64,000 nt of DNA from Isurus oxyrinchus. Its lineage: Eukaryota. The notes beneath the pieces were generated by a model. That model made no database searches and had not been told where the DNA came from. It saw nothing but the letters and a program-made list of their open reading frames with translations. The position numbers and the translations under genes are program-made. Numbering within the stretch: the stretch's first letter is position 1; each line of letters opens with the position of its first letter. The DNA lies in NCBI GenBank assembly GCA_026770705.1, contig JANJGN010000036.1:620001-684000 (forward strand). Reading direction: 5' to 3'. This document shows, piece after piece, positions 12,560 through 23,089 of the stretch.

Positions 12560-14546
12560 GGGGGTGGGGGGGAGGGTGGGGATGCAGGGGCGGTCGGTAG
12601 CGACTGGTGTGGGGAGTGGGGGGACTTGCATTTGGTGCCGTTCCCATGTATCTGCTGCACTTGTAATTATAGTTTGTAAGGGTCGCATGTTTGAAAAATG
12701 AACGCCAGGAATTCACAGTGTTATGTCATTGTGCTCAATATAATTCATCCTGTAAACAGTTTGTGCAAGATTCGGGACACAATCTGGTTAAGACACAGAC
12801 TGGAATATATTGAATGAAATGTATGTGATTTGATTTGAATTTTAAAAACTAGTATCTTATTCGACATAACGCAAATTATGCAGGAATCTAAAGTGGAATT
12901 TTAATGGAACAAACACGGTCATTCACAGCACTTATCGGGAATCGAAATGAACGAAACTCTTTTCGAATTTAATTCTACTTCTTAATATGTCCGAGCACCG
13001 TCCTCCTGTCTATTAAGTCTCACTGAGCAAGTTTTCGACTGACTTATTCTATAATATAAAACGCCATTGGTGATTGATCTGGATTCAGTGTTCTGAGTTC
13101 ATTGTAGAATTCATTTTACCAATGATTTATTGATTGACCCCGTGAAGAGAGTATCAAACAATCATACACGTTGCACTTTGTATTGTGCTCTGAGCGCATT
13201 TACCGCAGTTCAATGGAAAATTCACTGCAGTTATCACTTTGAAATAACTGTTAAGCTCCTTTGATTGTACAGTTTACAGAGTTACATAGAATTTGCAGCA
13301 CAGAAACGGGCAATTCGACCCGATTGCTCGTGCCCCTATTTATGCCCCGCACGAGCTTCCTCCCACCTCCCCTTCAACTCAGCCCAACAGCTTAACCTTC
13401 TATTCATTTCTCCCTCATGTTTTACGCAGCTTCCCACTTAAATTCAAATCTGCAAGAGCCTCATCCGTTCCCTGTGTGGAGCGGGTTCCACATTCTCCCC
13501 AAAGTCTGGGTAAAGAGGCTGCTCCTGAATTCCAGGCTGGATTTATCTCATATTAATGACCCCACTGCAGAGGACCATAGGAACACAGGGCTAGGACATT
13601 AGGCCCTTCGAGCCTGCTCCACCATTCAACAAGATCATGGCCGATCTGGTAGTGGTCTCGACTCCACTTTCTTATCTGCCGCCCATAGGCCTTGGCTCCC
13701 TTGGTGAACAAATATCTGTCTAATGCGGCATTGAATAAATTCAAAGGCCTATCCGCGATTACTTTCTGGGGAAGAGATTTCCACACACCAACGAACCGTT
13801 GGGCGAAAAAACATCTTTTCAACTCTGCCTTAAAATGGAAACCTTTATTTTTGATCGATGCCCCTCGCTTTTGCTACAACAAGAAACATCCTCCGGGTAT
13901 CCGCCCTATCAGGACCCCTCAGGAACGTATATGTTTAAATAAGATCACCTTTCATTTATCTAAATCCTAATGGGAATTGCAGAGTTCTGCAGGATTCCCG
14001 ATTGGATTTATTGATGTCCAATATTATTGAAATCCTGCCGAAGTAGATTTACCTTCATTAAATCTGCCAGAATAAAACTTGTTATAATTTCAAAGACCTC
14101 GACAGTTCACCCCTCAATATTCCCCTTTTTCAGAAAAAAGTGCCCAGCCGGTTCATTCTTTCTTGACAGGTATAAGCCCTCCGTTCTGATATCATCCTTG
14201 TGAAATATTAACTGCACCATTTGCAGAGCCCCTGTATCATTTCTAGAAAATGCAGAAGTGTTCTGTACTCCAACTGTGGCCAAACTAATGTGAATACAAA
14301 CCTGGTGTATTTTGCAAAACATATGATGAGTGCGTGACAGCACTTTGCCTTGCAATAAACAGGAAACCCGCAGAGAGCTGTCTATCTTGGCACCATTTTC
14401 CAACCCCGATCATGTATCTATGAATAAACACAGAACGCCATTCAGTCTGCATATTTCACACCTAATTTACACCGAGAGAACGAGAGCGAGTGCTCAGTGA
14501 GGTTGGGGTCGAGGACTCAGAATCTGACCGTCTGAAGTCACGGACA
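12223..14546. promoter_or_regulatory. divergent A1/B1 intergenic region, candidate shared promoter
   Basis: The ATGs are 2.3 kb apart head-to-head. E-box/RUNX (CAGATGCGGT 12328-12337), a TGACG half-CRE, TAAACAGGAAA (14356-14366) and TGAAGTCA before the B ATG are conserved in cassette 3. Confidence 0.45.
12529..12625. repeat. poly-G / G-rich tract
   Basis: About 30 consecutive G followed by further G runs. Confidence 0.9.
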
Positions 14547-17500
14547 ATGAGCTACCTCGCTGTGTGTGCTTTGTCCCATCTCTTCCAGGGTAAGATATCT
14601 TTACATGTTCAGATAGAGTGGCGAAGGGTTGGGACAGAGTAAATAAGGAGAGAGAGTTTCCACTGGCAGGAGGCCCGGCAAACAGAGGGATACAGACTGA
14701 AGAGAATCGGCAAAATAACAGAGGGGGTGGAGGGCGGACGAGAAGATTTTTATTAACTAAGAGAGTTGTTGTGATCTGGATAGGCTCCGCCTGAAAAGGC
14801 GATAGAAGCAGATTCATTAGGAACTTGGATAAATAATCGAAAGAGAAACAATTGCAGGGGTATGAGGGAAGGAGCGGGGGCAGAATGGGGGATAACTGGT
14901 TAAATGTCCTAAAGTGCCAGCATACTGAAGGGGCCAAATGGCCTCCAAATGCGCTGCGCGGTTCTATAAGAAGCAATTCAATTGTCAGTTTCGATGTTAA
15001 AATAGAGCGAATATAGTCAACAACGTGAAAACTGTGCACCCGTCAGGAACAATGAATGGAATTAATCCGAAATGGAACCTCCCCTGGGATAAAAGATGTG
15101 AGTTGTCTCCATGGACATTATTGGCGATTGAGAAGAGGACAGATTTTCAAGTGGATCGTTAGAGTGAGATATAATCTCTGGAACAATATAAAATGCCCAA
15201 AGTTAGTGGAGAAGAACAGGAAACGAAGCGAGGATGAGAGAAAAATAAAACAGGCCGAATATTTAGATTTGAAGCAGCTCTTTTAAGTTGTTAACTTCAC
15301 ACAGTTCCGATTTGTGTACTGCAGAGATTAAACCAGGTTTATTGCTGAATGGGATCGTTCTGTGCTCTTGGAAAGACAGGAATAAAACGGCGCAAACAAC
15401 CGATTGCACTTGATTTATCGATATGAACTATATAATTTTAAATGTTTCTGCCTCCTCCCTATCGGGTTGTATTCGCCGGAGGCAGGCTTCAGGAGAGAAG
15501 GTGTGCGGGTGCGGGGTGGTGGATTGCACCATAACCTGAGGTGATTCTTGTTTATTTCTCTCTTGCTCAGTTATTGTGTCGCAGCCTGTCTTGTCCCAGT
15601 TTCCACCTGTTCAGACACTCGCTGCGGGGGGTCGTGCTAAACTGAGCTGCTACACGGAGAGCTCTAAACCTGGTACTATCTTCTGGTACAGACAGCGGGT
15701 GCGAAACGACATCAAGCTGGTTTACACAGCGAATAAGCTCTTCCCAGCAGAGGGGAAGTTTTCCAGCGAGACTGATGAAAAAGCGGTTTCAATGTTCATT
15801 GCGGATACCCGGAGAAATGAAACTGGAATGTATTACTGTGCAATCGTTTACCAGAACCGGAGTTTAATATTCGGAAATGGCTCCCAGTTAGTGGTTACAG
15901 GTAAATTTTATCATTATTCCACTGAATTGAGCATTTTCAGAGCAATTACAGATGTCTACATTGAACTGTTAATAGGGTTTCTGTTCCATTTGACAAATTT
16001 AGATGGCTCCCCGAGCATATTCCTCCTCACTCCGCCGGAGGATGAGATTCGTTCGATGGAAAGGGTCCCGTTGTTGTGTTTGATCAGAGGCTTGTCCCCC
16101 GATTCCTTTCCCGTCCACTGGAATGTTTCTGGACGGAATACCGAGGGACAGACCGATTCCGGGACAATTGAGGCGGACGGGACCTACACCATTAGGATTT
16201 ACACCAGCCTCTCGGCGGAAACTTGGAGAATTGGCGCTCTCTGTACTTGCACCGTTCAAATCAACTCCAGTGAAAGTCTTCTGAGTGCAATTGTCTCATC
16301 TCAGAGAGGTAGCTGCTAACAGTGACCGTTTACCAATCTATTTATGATGGGAGGCTTTGTCAATTTAGTAAATTAGAATTGTACATCTTTCCGTGTGTGT
16401 CCATGTAAATTGATTTTATCACTGGCCTATCACAGATCTCTCCATATTTAAGTGTTGAGCTTTCTGAAATTCTAACTGCATCTGTTCTCTCCAGACCGGA
16501 GAGTTATGGATGCTCAGTCACTGAGGTAGATTTTTGTGCAGTAAGGGAATAAGGGATGTGGACAGGGCAGGAATGTACATGTAATGTCCAAGATATTCCG
16601 TGATCTTATTGAATGTCGGATCTCCTTGAGGGGCCGAATGGTCTCCTGCTCCTATTTCTTGTGTTCTTGTGTCTATCTAAGCATAATGCCACTGGATCAT
16701 TCGTCTGTGTGCCAAGTTGAAATATGTGATTACATTCCCAGTCTACCACTTTGTCTCACCAGGCCTGTGTAAAATTATAGATACATGTCTCTTTCTGCTT
16801 AACATTCACAACATTTCTGTCTGTCTTAGTTAAACAGTGAGGTATAAGTTATCTTCTCAATCTGCGTGTCTAATCTGTTTATCTGTCTATCTACTTCTCT
16901 TGCTCTGTATCAATCAATCCATTCCTGTCCTAGTGCAGTTTTAGATTGCTGATATAGTTGCCTGTCCATCAGTCTCTCCCTCTCCCTGTCTCCCCAACTC
17001 CCCATCTCTGTCTCTCTCGGTTCCTCTCGCTGTTTATCTATTCACTTTCTGTCTGTCTCATGCTCTGTCTTCATATATTCCTACATGTATTGATATCTCT
17101 TTCCATCTCACTCTACCTCTGTTTATTTGTCTATTTCTATCCCCGTTAAATGGTGTGTTCTAAGAAATTTGTGACACTCATCTATCTTCCTATCTCTCGA
17201 TTTGTCGCCATCTTCTCTTTCTCTCTCTGTCTCTAATGCGCTCTCTCTCTATCCTTTTCCATCCAGTTAAACACTTCTGTTTTAGTTATCTGGTCTTTCT
17301 ATTACGCTCTCTTCATCACTCGATCTATATCTGTCTAACTATGTCTCGATCCATCTCTCCATCCATCTCTTATTCCGCTTCTCTGACTCTCCTAATCTTC
17401 TGCTCTTGCTCCCACCTCTCTCCCCATCTCTCCCTTTCCACCTCTCCCTTCGTCCCGCTCTCCCCTATCTCCCATTTCTTCCTCTCTGCCCCATTCTATC

Positions 17501-19523
17501 CGCCTCGCACCCCTCCCTCTCTTCCTCTCACCCCACCTCTTCCTCTCCCACTCTCTGCCCAAACCTCCTTCTCTCGAACTCGCCCGCTCTCCCTTACCCC
17601 CATCTCTCCCGGTCTTTATCTATCTCCCTATCTCTCCCTGTCTCTCTCGCATCCTCTCTCTCTCCCTCTCCTTCTCTCTCCCAACTTTAACTCTCTCCAC
17701 CATCTCCCCTTCTCTCCACCATCCCTCCCTCTCTCCCTTATCTCCCGCTTTAACCCTCTCTCTCCCCCACATCTTCCTGTCTCCGCATCTATCTTCTCGT
17801 CCTCTCTACCCCTCTCTCCCCTGTTTCCCCTCCCTCCACCTCTCAACTCTCTCCCGCTCTTCAAATATTTCTCTGTGTGTTTCTATCCTAGTTAAACAGA
17901 TTTTTTTCTAAGTGACCTGCTCTCTCGATCACTCTCTGTCCATCTATCTCTGGCTTAATATTTCTTTGCTATTAAAACAGTGCTCCAGCTACCTCTCCCT
18001 GTCATTCTCCCTCTATGTCTCTTTCATTATCTGTATGTTTTCCCCAATTAAATAGCATTCTATAAGATCGCTGCACTCCCTCTCTCGCTTTCTCTCTCTC
18101 TCAGTCCGTACAAACAGTGCTCTATCTACATCTTTATCGCATGCTCCCTCACTGTCCTCTTCAAACAGCCTTTTTAAAGATCTCTGCTCCAGCTCTCCCG
18201 TTATCATTCTCCGTCTCTCTCTCTCTAGATATATATATATATATGTTTTTTGTCTGGTTTAAACATTGCTTTATAAGATGTCTGCTCTCTTTTCCATCCA
18301 TCTCATCATCTCTCTCTCTATCTCTTCTCCCTCTATCTCTTTCTACTTCTGTCCTGTTTCAACATTGTTCTAAAAGATCTCTGCTCTATTTCTGGATAAT
18401 GAAATATGCAAAAATCTATTTCCGTCTTTGAGAAAAATCGCACATTCAGACTTGACATTTTCCCCCAACTGTTTAATTCATAAGCGTTCTTTTAAATGTT
18501 AGTTTCTTTTTTCTTGCAGATTCTCCGCTCTTAACCACCTGCCGTTTCCTGCTTCCCGGGGGTTTGGCGGCGGGGGCGCTGCTCCTTCTGGGGATGATCC
18601 TTGTGGCCGGGAGAAGGAGCTGCAGGAACCGGCAGACAGGTAGCGATTGTTGGGAGGCGCTGTAAGACCGGGGCGCTCTCAATCCATCCATTTATCTGCG
18701 GGTTATTGACACTTTCAGCCGGTTCAGTGTGAAATGTACCCACTTACGCACAGTTCAAATTTTACTTTCTAACAGACAGCATTGAATTTGATGAGGAACT
18801 GAGAGATTCCAGGGAACAACGAGAGAATAAAGAGGTAAAAGAATGGAACTGTTGTTGCCACTGCTCGTGGATACATTTCACTGAATTGTAATCCAAGGTT
18901 TAAATTTTGTAGTTACTCCGATGAATCTAGAAAACTTTGCGTTGTGGGCGCTACTGAATGGCAGAAACTAGGCTTCAAACCCTCTCGTGGGGAAGATTAA
19001 GGGGTGATCAGATCGAGGGAGTTTAAAATGATGAAATGATACGATCGCGTCTATAGACAGAAACCATTTGCTCTGGTGGCGAGGAGGGGTGGGGCCGGGG
19101 GCTGGGGGGTGGTGGGGGGGCTGGTGTGGTGCTGGATTCCAGAACAAGAGGGAAGAACCTTAAAAATAACTCTAGGGCGTTCAGGGATGATGTCAGGAAG
19201 CACTTAGTCACACAAAGGCGATTGGAAATCTGGAGATCTGTCCCCTCAAAAGCGGTTAAACCCGCGGGATCAATTGGAAAAGGCAAAACTGAGATTGGTC
19301 GTTTTTTGTTGGGTAAGGGGATTAAGGATTATGGAACCAAATTGGGTAGATGGAAGTTATGATACAGATACGCCATGATCTAATAGAATATACTGCAGAG
19401 TCCGAATGGCCTCCTCCTATCCCTATGACGATGGTGTTTGTTATATTAATAGATTCGGTTTTGATTGTTTCTCCACAGACACTTTATGCCCGCTTGGCCT
19501 TTAAAGAGGATCCCACACTCTGA
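14547..19523 (+). CDS. B1: non-rearranging VJ-C1 type I membrane IgSF receptor, B chain (PRARP/VJ-C1-like), 300 aa, 6 exons
   Basis: Exons: 14547-14589 leader (MSYLAVCALSHLFQ), 15571-15900 VJ, 16003-16308 C1, 18520-18639 TM (DSPLLTTCRFLLPGGLAAGALLLLGMILVAGRRSCRNRQT), 18776-18834, 19479-19523 (TLYARLAFKEDPTL*). GT-AG introns, phases 1,1,1,1,0; 903 nt, open; mirrored in B3. Confidence 0.87.
15571..15900 (+). CDS. B1 V-set exon with germline-joined J (FGNGSQLVVT)
   Basis: LSC, FWYRQ, ETGMYYCA, LIFGNGSQLVVT followed by GT; 330 nt. Confidence 0.92.
16003..16308 (+). CDS. B1 C1-set Ig domain exon
   Basis: PSIFLLTPP...LLCLIRGLSP...VHWNVSG...DGTYTIR...ETW...CTCTVQ; 306 nt. Confidence 0.9.
16960..18360. 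repeat. CT-rich low-complexity intron tract
   Basis: Pyrimidine-rich (CT/TCCC) degenerate repeat; paralogue at about 58600-59880. Confidence 0.85.
18520..18639 (+). CDS. B1 connecting peptide (Cys) and transmembrane exon
   Basis: Phase 1/1 exon of 120 nt; Cys, then a hydrophobic stretch, then RR stop-transfer. Confidence 0.85.
19479..19523 (+). CDS. B1 terminal exon with ITSM/ITIM-like TLYARL
   Basis: Acceptor tttctccacag, phase 0, TLYARLAFKEDPTL*. Confidence 0.82.
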   Translation, partial: TLYARLAFKEDPTL

Positions 19524-20520
19524 TTGACGAGTAAAGAGAAATAGAGCTCACAATCTTCTTCCCGAACATAGGGCGTTGCAGAAAGTTTCCTCTGTTGGGC
19601 GGGAAAGACCAAAAGTCCAACGAATGCAAACTCAGGCGCATTCTCGGAGCAATTTTGTGATGTCACCCAAAGCGGGAACTGAATAATCTTTTCATGCCCG
19701 GTGTACGAAAGATGAATTATCGCCTGCAGTTCCACTCCAGCCTCTCTAGGTTCCTGTTGTCTAGTATATTATGGCATTCTGCATCTTTATTCAGTATGTC
19801 AGCAAGAAATTATTCAAGCAGGCTTCATGATGTATCTGTGCTCGAGTTACCTACATATAAAAACAGATTTGAAAATCAGTGATATCTCTGTGCTATCATT
19901 TGTTTGTTCATTAAGAGCAGATGCCCCCAGGATATCCCTGAGGCCAATTTACAAAGTCATCTTGAGAGCGAATGTAAGCAGGATAGAAGTAGGGTCAAGG
20001 GCCGACAGGTACTGGAAGAGGATTTAAGCTGCATTGATATGAAAGCTGCAGTGTTAGTGGACCCCAAGCCGTCACTGGTTGTGTCCTGGGAGGGAGCAAT
20101 GTTACAGTTACTCTTGAAATAATATTATTGACAATCCATCCGCCCTTTTGTTAATAAAATTTAATGCATTTTAACGACGAAAACCAATGGATCGAAGGCA
20201 CTGAAAGCACAGGAGGAGGAAATTTGAACATCAGTAAATTTGATGTTTCATGGAAATGATGTGATCTATTTCCATGACATCTTTCATTTTATCAATATTA
20301 AAAAGCTGCTTTGGAAACTGTTGGTGCGCTGATTATCGGATATTTTTTGTTGATGAATAACTCTGGTCTCAGAGGGTCTTGTGAATCCTGTTTTTAGCAG
20401 ATATGAACATCCCCAAATTAACAGGACCTTATTTTGTTGTAAAGGGTCATTCTGCACAGATATTTCGAGAGTTTTTCGAGACACTTATTACAAGACGCAA
20501 ATGGGAAAGGTCATTCTGCT

Positions 20521-21375
20521 GAAGGAGTATGGAACCAAGGTGGGTAGATGGAAGTTATGATAGACCCACCATGATCTAATTGAATAGACTGGAGGAGCTG
20601 AATGACCTCCTCCTATCCTATGACGATGGTGTTTGTTATATTAACAGATTCGGTTTTTATTGTTTCTCCACAGACACTTTATGCCCGTTTGGCCTTTAGG
20701 GATGTAGTTGCACCGGAGGCTGTTCGGAGGAGGCTCGTTAGATTGATTCCATAGATGCAGGGCTTGGTTTATGAGGTGCGATTGAGCAGTTTAGGCCTAT
20801 ACTCGCTAGAATTTAGAAGGGTGAGTGGATATCGATTTCAGGTATGCATGATGCTATAGGGGATGGAGAAAGTAGACATGGAGCGGATCTTTCCCCTTCT
20901 GGGGCATCCTAGAACGAAAGGCCATAACTTTAGGCTAAGTAGTGATAGATTTAAATCAGAGATGAGGAGGAATTACTTTTTTCAAAGGGTCGTGAATCCC
21001 TGGAATAAATTTAAGGAGGTGATTGGTAGCTTTTTAATTAGTATTGGGTTGAAAGGTTATGGGGCGAGGGGGGAAATTGGAGTTGAGGCCGAAATGAGAT
21101 CAGCCATGATCATAATGAATGGTGGGGCAGGTTCGAGGGGCTGAATTGCGCACTCCTGCTCCTATGTTCTTATGTTCTCATGTTCTAAGGAGGACCCCTC
21201 ACTCTGATTGGAGAGGAAACTGGGAGAAAGATCACAATCTGCTTCAGGAAAATGACGTGTTGGAGAAAGTTTCCTCTGTTGAGCGGGAAAGTCCAAAAGT
21301 CCAACTGGTGCAAATTCAGGCTCATTCTCGGCGCAATTTTGTGATGTCGCCCAAAGCGAGAATTGAATAATCTCT
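20521..21375 (+). repeat. local duplication of the B1 last intron end, terminal exon and 3'UTR, interrupted by CR1
   Basis: Copy of about 19322-19690. The acceptor at 20673 is intact, giving TLYARLAFRDVVAPEAVRRRLVRLIP* (20674-20754). Homology resumes at about 21188. Confidence 0.75.
20699..21186 (+). mobile_element. CR1 LINE 3' fragment
   Basis: Encodes EKVDMERIFPL...GHNFRL...RRNYFFQRVVNPWN; ends with a (tatgttct)n tail. Confidence 0.8.
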
Positions 21376-21377
21376 TA

Positions 21378-21512
21378 GATAAAAGCAAAATACTGCGGAT
21401 GCTAGAAATCTGAGACACAGACAAAAATAGCTGGAAAAAATCAGCAGGTCTGACAGCATCTGCAGAAAGCAAGACAGTTAAAGTTTCGAGTCCGTATGAC
21501 GCTTCATCAGAA
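21378..21512. mobile_element. Penelope-like terminal repeat fragment
   Basis: aaagcaaaatactgcggatgct...cagcaggtctgacagcatc...gtttcgagtc; same family as 35921-36273 and 62530-63217. Confidence 0.55.
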
Positions 21513-21639
21513 CATTTTAGTACTTTAGCATTTTAGTGATTGCGACCACAACATGGCACAATTTAAGCTTGTTATGGACAAAGAAATAGCCCAGATGCAA
21601 AAAGTAGCCCAGATGCATGATATACAATTATAATACAAT

Positions 21640-22200
21640 TATATTATATTAGGTGATTTCAACTTTCCCAATATTATTTCGGATGGACATAATGTTAAGG
21701 GCTTGGATGGACTGGATTTCTTGAAATGTGCACAGGAGGAATTTTTAGGTCAATATGTGCAGTATCCAACAAGGGACGGGGCAGTGCAGCATCTAATTCT
21801 AGTGTATGAAGCCGTACAGGTGGCTGAGGTGGTGGTGAAGGAGCTTATTAACACTTTTGTGATAGCGACCAAAATATGGTACAATTTAATGTTGTTATGG
21901 ACAAAGAAATAGACAAGTTGCAAAAAATGTTTTTGATTGGGGGAGAGCGGATTTTAGTAAAATAAGGCAGGATCTGGCCAAGGTAGACTAGTCACAGCTA
22001 CTTGTGGGGAAAACTACAGGGAAGCAGTGGGGGGGCATTCTTAAAGGAAATGGGGATCATACAGGCTCAACATATTCCCTCTGGGGTGATAGGAAGGAGT
22101 AACAAGCCCAGGGAACCATGGATGACCGGTGATATTCAGGATACGATTAGAAGGAAAAGAGAGGCTTTTAACAGGTACAAGGGAAGCAAATTTGCTTCTA
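21640..22200 (+). mobile_element. CR1 LINE ORF2 endonuclease-region fragment
   Basis: GDFNFPNI...KGLDGLDFLKCAQEEFLGQYVQYPTRDGAV...PWMT, with stops. Confidence 0.75.
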
Positions 22201-23089
22201 AACCTCAGCTCCTCAGGTATAAAAAAGGGAAACTGCCAGTGAGGGAGAAACACCCACGCTGCTGCTACCGGAGAAGGCGGCTGATGAACTCAATGACCTA
22301 ATTCACACCCAGATTTGAGTATTATTCAGTTGAATCATCAATCAGCTCCAAGACTAGTTCACGGGAAATAGTTCACGAGCCATTCAGAAGCACAATTAAA
22401 TTGTTCAACTCGTCAGAGAGTAGGAAAACTTTAATGATGGATTTGTGGATTTGAGCCGATTATCTGACTCTGACACTGTTCATTGGTATAATTATGTGAT
22501 GGTAAATAAACCACATATAACAGTGTACAGATTATTTCTCCAAAATATTTCCTTTAAGTGTATTCGTTACTCATTCTGCGAGTGCATCTGATTTACCGTT
22601 ATTCCACCCATGTTGTATCCGTGGATGATTCAGGATGTCATAAAATGAGGGTTACTGGATACCAGGTTAAATAGTTTGCATCAGGTAACAAAATTGTTAG
22701 TCCCGATTTCGAGGTTATACCTATCAGGAAAGACTGAACAGGCCGGGAATCTTTCCTTTAGAAAAGTGGAGTCTGAGGGGGTGACCACATAGAGGTCTTC
22801 AAAATTAAGATACTATTCAATAGGGTAGATGTAAAGACACATTTCCACTTGTGGGGGCGAGGCCTGAACTAGGGGGCCATCGTTATCAGAAAGTCAGAGA
22901 AAAACCCAATGGGGATTCAGGAGAAACTTCTTTATCCAGAAAGTGGAGAGAATGTGGGACTCACTCCCAAAGGGAGTGGTCGAAGTGAAACACCGAGATG
23001 CACTGAAGTGGAAAGGTGGATGAACACATGGGGGTGAAAGGAAGTGAAAGATGAGGTGATGGGGTGAGATGAAGAGAGGGTGGGAGTAA

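Noticed and set aside
12714-12755. CACAGTG heptamer as an RSS
   Set aside because: There is no nonamer at 12 or 23 bp spacing, no adjacent coding segment, and it is not conserved in cassette 3.
15576-16319. 247-aa single ORF read as an intronless Ig light chain
   Set aside because: It spans a 102-nt GT-AG intron that happens to be stop-free. The B3 paralogue has a stop in this intron, and leader, TM and tail exons exist.
17236-17895. Ser/Pro/Leu-rich ORFs (also 58997-59524) and CV/HT-repeat ORFs (8300-8488, 50028-50703)
   Set aside because: These are translations of CT- and CA-microsatellite tracts.
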